A stretch of 24,000 nt of DNA from Bacteroidales bacterium (GCA_963665085.2 CAXXXS010000003.1:35295-59294); one strand, 5' to 3'; counted from the stretch's first letter, positions 1-8,422 are shown. The notes: generated by a model from the letters alone, not told the origin. Numbers and translations: made by a program.

Positions 1-854
1 CAAAAAAACAAACGATAAACTGCCGAGGAACACTTATAGATTTTAATAAACCTAAGGTAATGGGGATATTAAACATCACTCCTGACTCATTTTACGCCGG
101 TGGAAGATACGATAATCCGGAAAATTTATTGGCAAAAGCAAAACAAATGTTGGCAGATGGAGCAGAAATATTAGATATTGGAGCTTATTCATCTCGTCCG
201 GGAGCTGAACATATAACTGAACAGGAAGAGTTAAACCGACTTATTTCGGTTGTCGGAATCATAAGAAAAAATATACCTGATGCAATTTTATCAATCGACA
301 CGTTTCGTTCAGAAATTGCAAAAATAATGGTTAATGATTACGAAGTAGATATAATCAATGATATTTCTGGTGGCGATATGGATGACCAAATGTTTGAAAC
401 CATTGCATCGCTTAATGTTCCATACATTTTAATGCATATGAAGGGAACACCACAAAACATGCAACAATCACCAAAATATAATGATATCGTAAGAGATATT
501 TTATTTTACTTCTCTGAAAAAATTGAAAAACTGACATTATTGGGTGTTAACGACATTATTATTGATCCTGGTTTTGGTTTTGGAAAAACTCTTGAGCACA
601 ATTATGAATTACTTTCGCGTCTTGAAGAATTTAAAATAATTGAATTACCTATGCTAATTGGTTTATCAAGAAAATCTATGATCTATAAATTACTTGAAAC
701 AACACCAGAAAATGCATTAACCGGAACCATTGCACTGAATATGGTTGCCCTACAAAAAGGAGCTGATATTTTAAGGGTACATGATGTAAAAGAAGCTAAA
801 GAAAGTGTAACACTATTTTCAAAACTCAACAATCAAAATCATTTAAATCAATAA
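1..854 (+). CDS. folP: dihydropteroate synthase (5' end probably upstream of window)
   Basis: ORF 60..854 starts MGILNITPDSFYAGGRY, the canonical DHPS N-terminal motif. DPGFGFGKT and LRVHDV motifs are also present. The same frame stays open back to nt 3 (KKQTINCRGTLIDFNKPKV-MGILN) with no ATG/GTG/TTG. DHPS proteins normally carry ~15-20 aa before MGILN, so the true start likely lies outside the window. The ATG at 60 is the alternative. Confidence 0.92.
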   Translation, partial: KKQTINCRGTLIDFNKPKVMGILNITPDSFYAGGRYDNPENLLAKAKQMLADGAEILDIGAYSSRPGAEHITEQEELNRLISVVGIIRKNIPDAILSIDTFRSEIAKIMVNDYEVDIINDISGGDMDDQMFETIASLNVPYILMHMKGTPQNMQQSPKYNDIVRDILFYFSEKIEKLTLLGVNDIIIDPGFGFGKTLEHNYELLSRLEEFKIIELPMLIGLSRKSMIYKLLETTPENALTGTIALNMVALQKGADILRVHDVKEAKESVTLFSKLNNQNHLNQ

Positions 855-856
855 TT

Positions 857-2203
857 TCAATTCAGAAAAAATGACACTTCAAACTCAGTTCCTTGTTTAA
901 TTGTTGAGTTTACCTTTATTTCGGCTTTATGCAACTTTATAATTTTATCGACAAGTGATAACCCTATTCCATGTCCCTTATTCTTTCTTACATTTTTTGC
1001 ACGGTAGAAAGGTTCAAAAATATAGGTTATTTCATCACCGGGAATCCCTATTCCATTATCTTTAAATAACATTATTAATTGTTCCTCCTTTACAGACAAA
1101 TCAACATCAATCCGGTGATTATCTGAATACTTACAACCATTATCTATAAGATTTACAAAAGCAATCTTTAATAAAGCTTCATTTCCATTAATGGTAAAAT
1201 GTTGCTCATCTTTAATTGATTCATTGAAATGAAATAAGACTTCGTAATTCTTGTGATTTTTAAGCACTTCAGAGCGGGCTTCCCAAAGCACATCATCAAC
1301 TCTGACATGCATAAAATTATCTGGCGTCAAATCATTTATTGCACGAGAAAGTACCAATAATCGGTTGGCCAACTGATTTAAATTCTTAATATCTTCCAAC
1401 ACAGAATTAAGAGTGTCTTTATATTCAGTAGTTGTTCTATCTTTTAATAAAGTAACTTCAAGTTGACCCGTAATTGCAGCTAAAGGATTTCGTAGTTCAT
1501 GAGAAGAATTTGTAATAAAATCTTTTTGAATGATAACAGATTCTTCTATCCTGGAAAGCATTTTATTAAACGTAAAAGCTAACTGGGCAATCTCGTCGTT
1601 ATCACTTCCCGCATGGATACGCGAACTTATATTATCGATATTAATGCTATTTACCTGATTGATAATATTTGAAATAGGTTTTAACGCCTTGGCGGCAAAA
1701 AATCTACCAATAAATAACATTATCAGCAGGTTTGTAAGAAAAACAAGAATGAGAATAATTCGTAATTTCTTTAACTTCCTAAATCCATAAATATCTTTTG
1801 CAGCTATTAAAACAATACTATTATCCTTCCCTATTTTACAAAAAATCTCATAGTCTTTTTCTTTGTACTTAAACTCTTTTCGGATATCAAACTTCTGCTT
1901 CATTGAATCTGAAAGTTTGATTGCCTGATTGATTGTATTCGTAAATATTAACTCTCCTTTTGAGTCGTAAACCAAAAAAACTTCTCTAGGTAATTTTATT
2001 GCAAAATTCTCATAACTTTCTTTGATATCATCAGGAGTAACGGTTTTGAGTTTCGTTACAAGATTTGCTTTATCAGCTAGCCGGGTAAAAAAACTATCTT
2101 TCCTTTCAGATGAAAACAAAAAATAAATTGCTATAAAAGAAACTAACATCAGAACAGCTACGATAACCGTAAACTGATATGTAATTTTTTTTTGAATTTC
2201 CAT
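857..2203 (-). CDS. two-component sensor histidine kinase (2 TM, HAMP-like linker, HisKA, HATPase_c)
   Basis: 448 aa. Two hydrophobic segments (VIVAVLMLVSFIAIYFLF; ILILVFLTNLLIMLFIGRFF). H-box SHELRNPLAAITG. N/G boxes LIDNGCKYS, DNGIGI, GHGIGLSLV. The start ATG (2203..2201) overlaps the upstream regulator's TAA by 1 nt (TAATG). Confidence 0.9.
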   Translation of the reverse strand: MEIQKKITYQFTVIVAVLMLVSFIAIYFLFSSERKDSFFTRLADKANLVTKLKTVTPDDIKESYENFAIKLPREVFLVYDSKGELIFTNTINQAIKLSDSMKQKFDIRKEFKYKEKDYEIFCKIGKDNSIVLIAAKDIYGFRKLKKLRIILILVFLTNLLIMLFIGRFFAAKALKPISNIINQVNSINIDNISSRIHAGSDNDEIAQLAFTFNKMLSRIEESVIIQKDFITNSSHELRNPLAAITGQLEVTLLKDRTTTEYKDTLNSVLEDIKNLNQLANRLLVLSRAINDLTPDNFMHVRVDDVLWEARSEVLKNHKNYEVLFHFNESIKDEQHFTINGNEALLKIAFVNLIDNGCKYSDNHRIDVDLSVKEEQLIMLFKDNGIGIPGDEITYIFEPFYRAKNVRKNKGHGIGLSLVDKIIKLHKAEIKVNSTIKQGTEFEVSFFLN

Positions 2204-2880
2204 TATTTTTCTTCAAATATATACCCCATTCCTATGCGGGTATGTATAAGCTTTACATCAAAATCCTTGTCAATTTTCTTACGCAATATATTTACATATA
2301 CATCCACAACATTAGTACCTGTGTCAAAATTGATATCCCACACTTTTTCTGAAATATCAATACGTGTAACCACACGACCTTTATTTAACATCAAGAACTT
2401 TAGCAGAGCAAACTCTTTAGCAGTTAATTCAATTATTTTATCTCCCCTTTTCGCTTGCTTTTTATCGATATCAAGTTCCAAGTCGGCTACTTTCAACTTA
2501 TTTGAACTCTGCATAATTCCACTGGTACGCTTTGTTAAAGCCTTAATCCTCGCCAATAGCTCTTTAAATTCAAACGGCTTTACCAAATAATCGTCTGCTC
2601 CAGCATCAAATCCCTCTAATTTATCTTCTGTTGTGCCTAATGCTGTTAACATTAAGATAGCTACCTGTTGATTTTTTTCCCTAATCTTTCTACACAAATC
2701 AAAACCATTAATGTTTGGGATTATATTATCCAGTAATATAACATCAAAATGTTCCCTGAATGAAAGTTTCTCTCCCATAAAACCATCATATGCAACAGAC
2801 ACTTCATATCCATGTTCTTCAAGACCACTTTTCAGAAAAGCAACTACTTTAGGTTCATCTTCAATAACAAGTATTCTCAT
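2203..2880 (-). CDS. OmpR/PhoB-family response regulator (receiver + winged-helix)
   Basis: MRILVIEDEP start, ILLD acceptor region, LVKPFEF, and a C-terminal winged-helix (LTAKEFALLKFLMLNKGRVVTR ... IHTRIGMGYIF). The track ORF begins at a TTG (2913). I prefer the ATG at 2880, which gives the canonical receiver N-terminus. Confidence 0.9.
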   Translation of the reverse strand: MRILVIEDEPKVVAFLKSGLEEHGYEVSVAYDGFMGEKLSFREHFDVILLDNIIPNINGFDLCRKIREKNQQVAILMLTALGTTEDKLEGFDAGADDYLVKPFEFKELLARIKALTKRTSGIMQSSNKLKVADLELDIDKKQAKRGDKIIELTAKEFALLKFLMLNKGRVVTRIDISEKVWDINFDTGTNVVDVYVNILRKKIDKDFDVKLIHTRIGMGYIFEEK

Positions 2881-2943
2881 TCTATTGATGTTCTCATAGT
2901 TGAGAACAAACAAAAGTAATTCAACGCATTGATTAATTCTTCA

Positions 2944-3507
2944 CTATGCTCTTCTTTTTCTATACTGGTAATGCAATAAAACAATTTCCAATGCCCTTCT
3001 TATTGATTCATTAATAGGAAAAAATTTTACTGAGAGTTCTGGATCAATACTAAAAAGTTTTAAATAGTAATGTGATATCAAAGGGGCAAAGCTTATTGTC
3101 TTCTCCAACTGTACTGCATTGATTTTTTCCTTAATATGTTTACAGGTAACAAGGTTGGGTAAACCATACTTATTTGCCCTAACGGAAAAACCAAACAGCC
3201 TGCATATCATTCCCCTGTTTTTATAATCCAAACAAAATCCTCTTTTATTAAAAGGTGTGTAAAATACACACCTGGAATCATTACATTGCTCAATCCTATC
3301 CAGTATCCTGGAATATTCTCCTTTTAGGTACAAGTTATGAGCAGCTGGCAGAAACTCAAGTACTGTTGCGCTTATATCTGTTTTCAAACAACAATCACCA
3401 CAGCCAGAATTACATGTTAAGCCTGATTCCTTTTTAAACCTGGCTGTACTTGCATTTATAGCTGAATAAAGAGAGTTGACAGAGTTAATTTTAGTGATTA
3501 ATTGCAT
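2944..3507 (-). CDS. YkgJ/UPF0153-family cysteine-cluster (CxxCxxCC) putative Zn/Fe-binding protein
   Basis: Motif CNSGCGDCC followed by further conserved Cys (CNDSRCVFY, GFCLDY, MICRLFGF) matches the pattern of the CxxCxxCC family (Pfam PF03692) as I remember it. The track start at 3531 is a TTG. The ATG at 3507 (MQLITK...) is preferred. Confidence 0.7.
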   Translation of the reverse strand: MQLITKINSVNSLYSAINASTARFKKESGLTCNSGCGDCCLKTDISATVLEFLPAAHNLYLKGEYSRILDRIEQCNDSRCVFYTPFNKRGFCLDYKNRGMICRLFGFSVRANKYGLPNLVTCKHIKEKINAVQLEKTISFAPLISHYYLKLFSIDPELSVKFFPINESIRRALEIVLLHYQYRKRRA

Positions 3508-3527
3508 AAAAAAAATAAGGGGGGGGG
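3508..3527 (-). repeat. adjacent homopolymer tracts: C9-TTA-T8 on the coding (-) strand, ending right at the ATG at 3507
   Basis: Plus strand reads A8 (3508-3515), TAA, G9 (3519-3527). It sits in the 55-nt gap between the stop of the fusion gene (3563) and the ATG of the Cys-cluster gene (3507). Confidence 0.9.
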
Positions 3528-3562
3528 ACAAGTATGAAGGAGAACCTCATCCCCCATAATAT

Positions 3563-5530
3563 TTAACTAATTTCTAACAGTTCTTCCTTCACTATCTTTT
3601 TGTTTACAGGGACCAGGTTTATCCTTTGTTCTACAGATTCCAGAATATTTTTTAACATTCCGGCATAACTAATCCCTTTGATGTTTGACATTTTTGCAAG
3701 GTGACCATCCCAACACCATCCTGGGTTTGGATTCGCTTCCAGCAATTTGGGGTTCCCGTCTGAATCAAGACGCCAGTCAAACCGGACATAATCTCTACAT
3801 TCTAAACGCTCTGCCAGTTTCAAGCTAAATTCAACGATCATCTTTTCTGTTCGATAGTCAAGGTTTGCTTCTACTGAACGCAATTTTTTAAAATAAGGAG
3901 AATCTTGCAACCATTTTGCCTCATAACCACAAATATGAGGTAATCCCTCGGGTAATTGAGAATAATCTTCTTCAATAATTGGTAAAACCTGGTATGAATC
4001 AGGAGGATTGCCAATTATTCCGATTGTGAGATCCTTTCCTGGTAAAAATTCTTCAACTAAAAGTGGCTTATCATAACCAAATTTATTTCTTGTTTTAATA
4101 ATCGCACTATCTAAATCCTCTCTTGTATAGGCTACACTTTTTTGCGTTATCCCAAAACTTGAATCACCAAAGTTTGGCTTTGCAATCACAGGAAATTCAA
4201 TGTTCATTTCAAAAACATTATCTTCCGGTTTAATATAAAAAGCCTCAGCTACGGGAATTCCCATCTCCTTGGCAATACCACGGATTAAAGACTTATCGTA
4301 ACAATAAGACAAACATTGTGGATTTGAACCGGAATAGGGAACATTAAGCATTTCTAGTAATGCCGGAACATGTAATTCAAACCGAGGTTCATTATTAAAT
4401 CCTTCATCACATAAATTAAAAACGTAGTCAATTTGCGTTTTTTGTTTCATGAGGCTCTGGATAAGCGTATCATGATTATTTACATAGGTAAATTTATAAT
4501 CGGTTAATGTTGCTAAAGCAATTTTTAGTTGATCGATTGTATTAAAATCATCTTCATCGAATACCGTATCAGGCTTAATTATATCGTTTTTCTTAGGATC
4601 GCCGAGTACAACAACAACATTCTTAGGCCTGGTATTTTTCTGTTTTACAGGACTCCAGTCTTTTTTTGCTTTTGCTGTTAAAATAATTCTTCGCTCCATC
4701 ATCCCTAAATCCTGGTTGCGGGACGAATCTGTTTTATACTCGTCATGAAGGCTAATATTTTCGAATCCACCATCCATGAGTACTTTAGAAATATTTTCCC
4801 TGCTATAAAGGCGTTCAGCATAAAACTGGTCTACAATAACTCCTTTTTTGGTATTGGAAACAACCTCTCTTGAAATTAACCGCTCATTATCGCTGGCCAA
4901 TGATCGTTCCCTGCAAACAAAATGATGTTTATCTAACCATTCCCAACTCCTTGGACTGAAGTTATCTTTTAAAAAGTTACCATCTGCAACATCCAAAAGA
5001 AACATACCGTTAGGTTTTAACACCCGCATTACTTCTTTAAGGATTTTCACATCATCATCAACACTTTCAAAATAGCCAAAACTATTACCCAAAATCATAA
5101 CCACATCAAATGTGTCTGTTGGATAATTCAATTTTCTTGCATCCCCCTCTTTGAAATTAACGTTTAATCCCTCTGAGAAGGAAGTTTGTTTCGCCTTGTT
5201 AATAAGAAAATGCGAACGGTCAAGACCATAAACGTTTCTAAACCCCCTTCTTGCAAGTTCAAGGGAATGCCTTCCCTGGCCGCATGCTAAATCAAGAATA
5301 AACATCTCTTCGTTAAGCGCTAGAATATTAGAAAACATATCCAACTCAAATGAAGTAATAGTCTTATCTTCGACTACATCCGCATCAGTCTTAAGATACA
5401 TCGAATTAAAAATTCTTCGCCACCAATCAGGTTGAAGATGATCTTCGAGATTATTTACAGGTCCGAACGAGGTGTGGTTTTGTTTACCATTCTTTTTGGC
5501 TCTTGTAGAATGGCCATTTGCTTTTTTCAT
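3563..5530 (-). CDS. fusion protein: N-terminal class I SAM-dependent methyltransferase + C-terminal D-Ala-D-Ala-ligase-like ATP-grasp enzyme
   Basis: 655 aa. SAM motif I ILDLACGQGRHSLELARRG, then GLDRS, GDARKL, VVMILGNSF and LKPNGMFLLD in the first ~300 aa. The C-terminal half carries Ddl-like ATP-grasp signatures: FPVIAKPNFGDSSFGI, LLVEEFLPGKDLTIGIIG, RFDWRLDSDGNPKLLEANPNPGW. The N-terminal 25 aa are a basic low-complexity tail. Confidence 0.8.
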   Translation of the reverse strand: MKKANGHSTRAKKNGKQNHTSFGPVNNLEDHLQPDWWRRIFNSMYLKTDADVVEDKTITSFELDMFSNILALNEEMFILDLACGQGRHSLELARRGFRNVYGLDRSHFLINKAKQTSFSEGLNVNFKEGDARKLNYPTDTFDVVMILGNSFGYFESVDDDVKILKEVMRVLKPNGMFLLDVADGNFLKDNFSPRSWEWLDKHHFVCRERSLASDNERLISREVVSNTKKGVIVDQFYAERLYSRENISKVLMDGGFENISLHDEYKTDSSRNQDLGMMERRIILTAKAKKDWSPVKQKNTRPKNVVVVLGDPKKNDIIKPDTVFDEDDFNTIDQLKIALATLTDYKFTYVNNHDTLIQSLMKQKTQIDYVFNLCDEGFNNEPRFELHVPALLEMLNVPYSGSNPQCLSYCYDKSLIRGIAKEMGIPVAEAFYIKPEDNVFEMNIEFPVIAKPNFGDSSFGITQKSVAYTREDLDSAIIKTRNKFGYDKPLLVEEFLPGKDLTIGIIGNPPDSYQVLPIIEEDYSQLPEGLPHICGYEAKWLQDSPYFKKLRSVEANLDYRTEKMIVEFSLKLAERLECRDYVRFDWRLDSDGNPKLLEANPNPGWCWDGHLAKMSNIKGISYAGMLKNILESVEQRINLVPVNKKIVKEELLEIS

Positions 5531-5551
5531 CTTTTGATACTAATAAATAAA

Positions 5552-5755
5552 TTAACTATTAATTTTTGATTTAAATTCTTTTATTTTCTCACTTAATGAT
5601 GGATAGACCAAGGCAAAAAGCGCGAGCAAGCCAACAAAAGACATTACTTTCATTTGTTTACTGCTAATATTGTTGTTTGTATATTTTTCTAAAATCCGCT
5701 CTCCTATTAGAATAAAAGCTACAAAAAAGAAAACAACAAGAAAAAAAATTATCAT
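5552..5755 (-). CDS. small (67 aa) predicted two-helix membrane protein, hypothetical
   Basis: ATG start. Two hydrophobic stretches (IIFFLVVFFFVAFILIG; VMSFVGLLALFALVY). It ends 21 nt upstream of the fusion-gene ATG on the same strand. I recognise no family. Confidence 0.4.
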   Translation of the reverse strand: MIIFFLVVFFFVAFILIGERILEKYTNNNISSKQMKVMSFVGLLALFALVYPSLSEKIKEFKSKINS

Positions 5756-5914
5756 TTCTAATTAAAAATTTGGATCAAAAATGACATGAATACATTAAAC
5801 CGAAATGAACGAGAAATTAAAAGGAGATTAAAAAATGATTTTCCGCGTGAAAATAAACGACAAATTGGTTTTTAATTTATTAATTACTGAAATTAGCTAC
5901 ACAGAAAATAAAAA

Positions 5915-7768
5915 ATGAAAAAGCATACATTTTTAATAACAGTTATTACTTTTATTTGTATCTATGTTACTCCTGCTCAACATTTAACTACAGATACAAC
6001 TGAATATTCGGATACCACCGGAACAAAAACAATTGAACTTCTAAAAAAAGCAGATTCGTTAAAAAGAGCAGACTCAATAAATATTGTCAATCTTAATAAA
6101 CAACTAGAAGAACTTCGTTCTACTGAAACAATAAAAAGAAAAAAAATTGAGGAACAACTCTCTCAATTACAAACAAATGATTCTTTAAGAAAAAAAAGAC
6201 TAGAAAACGAGGTAAGTCGATTAAAAAACGAAGCTGTTGGATACCCCATAATACCTTTTAAGGATACGTTATATACCATTTATACACGGATCGGTTCTCT
6301 TACTCCTTTCGAACGGGCAAAAATTATTAATGATCGACTTGAGCGCACGTATAAAAAATTCTTTCTTAAATCAGACTCTCTGATTGTCCAGGAAAACGAA
6401 CAAACCGTTGATATTTATTTTAACGATCAAATTATTATAAGCTTTTCAGAACTTGATGAACTCTGGTATAACAATGATAAAAAAAGCCTTGCTGATGAAT
6501 TTAACAAGAAGATTATCAATGACATTACCCGTTACAAAAAAAGCAGGAGTATTCTTTCCGTTTCTAAAGATATTGGACTTGTTCTTCTTGTAATTCTCCT
6601 GCAAATTATGCTAATAAAAGGTATAAATATTTTGTTTAGAGGTAAGATAAACCGTTTCATAAGAAAAAAAAGAGGTGACTGGTTTAAAGGAATAAGAATA
6701 AAAAACTATGAAATAATAGATCAAAATCAACAAACATCTATAGCACTCTTTTTAACAAAAATCTTACGATTTGGAATTATTGCCTTATTGCTTTATTTAT
6801 CGATTCCTATTTTGTTTTCTATCTTTCCTCCTACTCAAAGAATTGCAGAGATTCTTTTTGGATATATTCTTTCCCCAATAAAAAATATTGTATCATCATT
6901 TTTCAATTACATACCTGAACTTATTACCATAGCTATAATTTTTGTAATCACCCGTTATATATTGCGATTCATAAAATTTCTTGCAAAAGAAGTTCAGGAT
7001 GAAAGGCTAAAACTCCCTGGTTTTTATCCCGATTGGGCAAAACCAACATTTAATATTGTTCGTGTTTTTGTCCTTGCATTTATGTTTGTTGTAATATTTC
7101 CCTATTTGCCTGGTTCAGATTCAGCTGTTTTTAAGGGTGTTTCTGTATTCTTAGGTATTGTCTTTTCATTAGGCTCTTCTTCAGTAATAGGAAACATGAT
7201 TGCCGGTTTAGTAATAACATACATGAGGCCATTCCAAATTGGGGATAGAATTAAAATTGGTGAGGTTCTGGGAGATGTTATCGAAAAAACCCCTTTTGTT
7301 ACAAGACTTCGCACTCCTAAAAAAGAATTTATAACAATTCCAAATTCAAATATTCTTGCCAACAGTGTTGTTAATTACAGTACATCTAAACGCGAAGATG
7401 GTATTATCTTATACACAACTGTTACTATTGGATATGATGTTCCATGGCGAAAGGTTCATCAACTATTAATAGATGCTGCGCATAAAACAAATTTTATAAA
7501 TACTAAGATTGAACCTTTTGTACTACAAACAAGCCTTGATGATTTTTTCGTTTCTTACCAATTAAACGTTCACACCAATGAACCAAAAAAACAACCTGCA
7601 ATTTATTCAGAATTACACCAAAACATACAGGATAGTTTTAATGAAGCAGGTATTGAAATATTATCACCACACTACCGTGCAGGACGTGATGGAAACACAA
7701 CTACAATACCCAAAGATTACAAAACAAAAGAATACAAACCACCTGGTTTTAATGCAGACAAGAATTAA
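5915..7768 (+). CDS. MscS-family mechanosensitive ion channel with signal peptide and coiled-coil N-terminal extension
   Basis: 617 aa. Conserved MscS core GNMIAGLVITYMRPFQIGDRIKIGEVLGDVIEKTPFVTRLRTPKKEFITIPNSNILANSVVNYS, preceded by several TM helices. The N-terminus is hydrophobic (FLITVITFICIYVTPA), followed by a K/E/L-rich coiled-coil-like region. Confidence 0.88.
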   Translation: MKKHTFLITVITFICIYVTPAQHLTTDTTEYSDTTGTKTIELLKKADSLKRADSINIVNLNKQLEELRSTETIKRKKIEEQLSQLQTNDSLRKKRLENEVSRLKNEAVGYPIIPFKDTLYTIYTRIGSLTPFERAKIINDRLERTYKKFFLKSDSLIVQENEQTVDIYFNDQIIISFSELDELWYNNDKKSLADEFNKKIINDITRYKKSRSILSVSKDIGLVLLVILLQIMLIKGINILFRGKINRFIRKKRGDWFKGIRIKNYEIIDQNQQTSIALFLTKILRFGIIALLLYLSIPILFSIFPPTQRIAEILFGYILSPIKNIVSSFFNYIPELITIAIIFVITRYILRFIKFLAKEVQDERLKLPGFYPDWAKPTFNIVRVFVLAFMFVVIFPYLPGSDSAVFKGVSVFLGIVFSLGSSSVIGNMIAGLVITYMRPFQIGDRIKIGEVLGDVIEKTPFVTRLRTPKKEFITIPNSNILANSVVNYSTSKREDGIILYTTVTIGYDVPWRKVHQLLIDAAHKTNFINTKIEPFVLQTSLDDFFVSYQLNVHTNEPKKQPAIYSELHQNIQDSFNEAGIEILSPHYRAGRDGNTTTIPKDYKTKEYKPPGFNADKN

Positions 7769-7855
7769 TTGTTTAATGGTAAATTTTAATCAGTTTTTAA
7801 CATAACGTATCATTTTTTTGATGAAATTTACTGATACAATTAAAATAATTATAAA

Positions 7856-8011
7856 ATGAAAGAAAATAAAATAACAGGAAAAAGGATAATTTATTTATCA
7901 AGATCCAGATTTTCTGGAGACAGTGATTTGGATAAATATGCGAAGACACTTGGAAAAAAAGAACTATATAAAGCATTATATGCCCCTTTGTCTAAAAATC
8001 TTTATGCTTAA
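7856..8011 (+). CDS. small hypothetical ORF (51 aa, basic)
   Basis: Hand translation: MKENKITGKRIIYLSRSRFSGDSDLDKYAKTLGKKELYKALYAPLSKNLYA. It is below the ORF-track cutoff. It lies between the MscS stop and a strong terminator, so the stretch is probably transcribed. No family recognised, and it may be non-coding. Confidence 0.3.
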   Translation: MKENKITGKRIIYLSRSRFSGDSDLDKYAKTLGKKELYKALYAPLSKNLYA

Positions 8012-8023
8012 TTAAAATCGAAC

Positions 8024-8078
8024 AAAAAAAGGTATCCAAAAAGTCTAGAATACTTAGACTTTTTGGATACCTTTTTTT
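8024..8078. terminator. bidirectional Rho-independent terminator
   Basis: Perfect 17-bp stem GGTATCCAAAAAGTCTA (8031-8047) / TAGACTTTTTGGATACC (8055-8071) with a 7-nt loop. It is flanked by A7 (8024-8030) and T7 (8072-8078) and lies between convergent genes. Confidence 0.85.
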
Positions 8079-8107
8079 ATTTTAACATTCAGTTATATTT
8101 ATTCGAA

Positions 8108-8422
8108 CTATAACTCTTCCACAACATTTACCATTTTCCCCATTAACTTTGATATTTGAGTTGAGATCTTATCTTCAACATTGATAAATTTTATTTTACA
8201 TCGTTTTGTCCTGGCCATATCAACTAGTTCTTGCAGCATCGTAAATCCTCCTCCATTTATCAATTTCACACCTTTTATATCAATGGTAATGTTTCGATGT
8301 GGCCTTACAATAGAGGTTAATTCTTTTTTTATCAAGTAACAATTAGCCCTACTTAATTCTTCCATTGGTGAATCCAGAGTGGCTAAATAATAACCTTCTC
8401 CGTTTTTTTTTATTGCTATCAT
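8108..8422 (-). CDS. STAS-domain protein (anti-sigma-factor-antagonist-like)
   Basis: 104 aa from the ATG at 8422 (the track start at 8476 is a GTG). The layout is SpoIIAA-like: ...ELTSIVRPHRNITIDIKGVKLINGGGFTMLQELVDMARTKRCKIKFINV.... The call rests on pattern resemblance only. Confidence 0.6.
   Translation of the reverse strand: MIAIKKNGEGYYLATLDSPMEELSRANCYLIKKELTSIVRPHRNITIDIKGVKLINGGGFTMLQELVDMARTKRCKIKFINVEDKISTQISKLMGKMVNVVEEL

Noticed and set aside
2881-2913. N-terminal extensions in the ORF track that begin at TTG/GTG codons (2913, 3531, 8476, 15430, 23977).
   Set aside because: Checking the codons showed non-ATG starts. In the first four cases a downstream ATG gives the canonical family N-terminus, so I trimmed the models. 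The 23977 case is simply an internal codon of a gene that continues past the window end.
2192-3437. Plus-strand ORFs 2192-2590, 2711-2899 and 3255-3437.
   Set aside because: They are entirely antisense to well-supported genes (the response regulator and the Cys-cluster protein), with low-complexity composition and no motifs.
3563-5530. The idea that the methyltransferase plus Ddl-like ATP-grasp reflects a mycosporine-like amino acid (mysB/mysC/mysD-type) pathway.
   Set aside because: No DDGS/EEVS-type sugar phosphate cyclase or any other MAA gene is in the window. The methyltransferase motifs are generic class I, with nothing I can tie to MysB-type O-methyltransferases.
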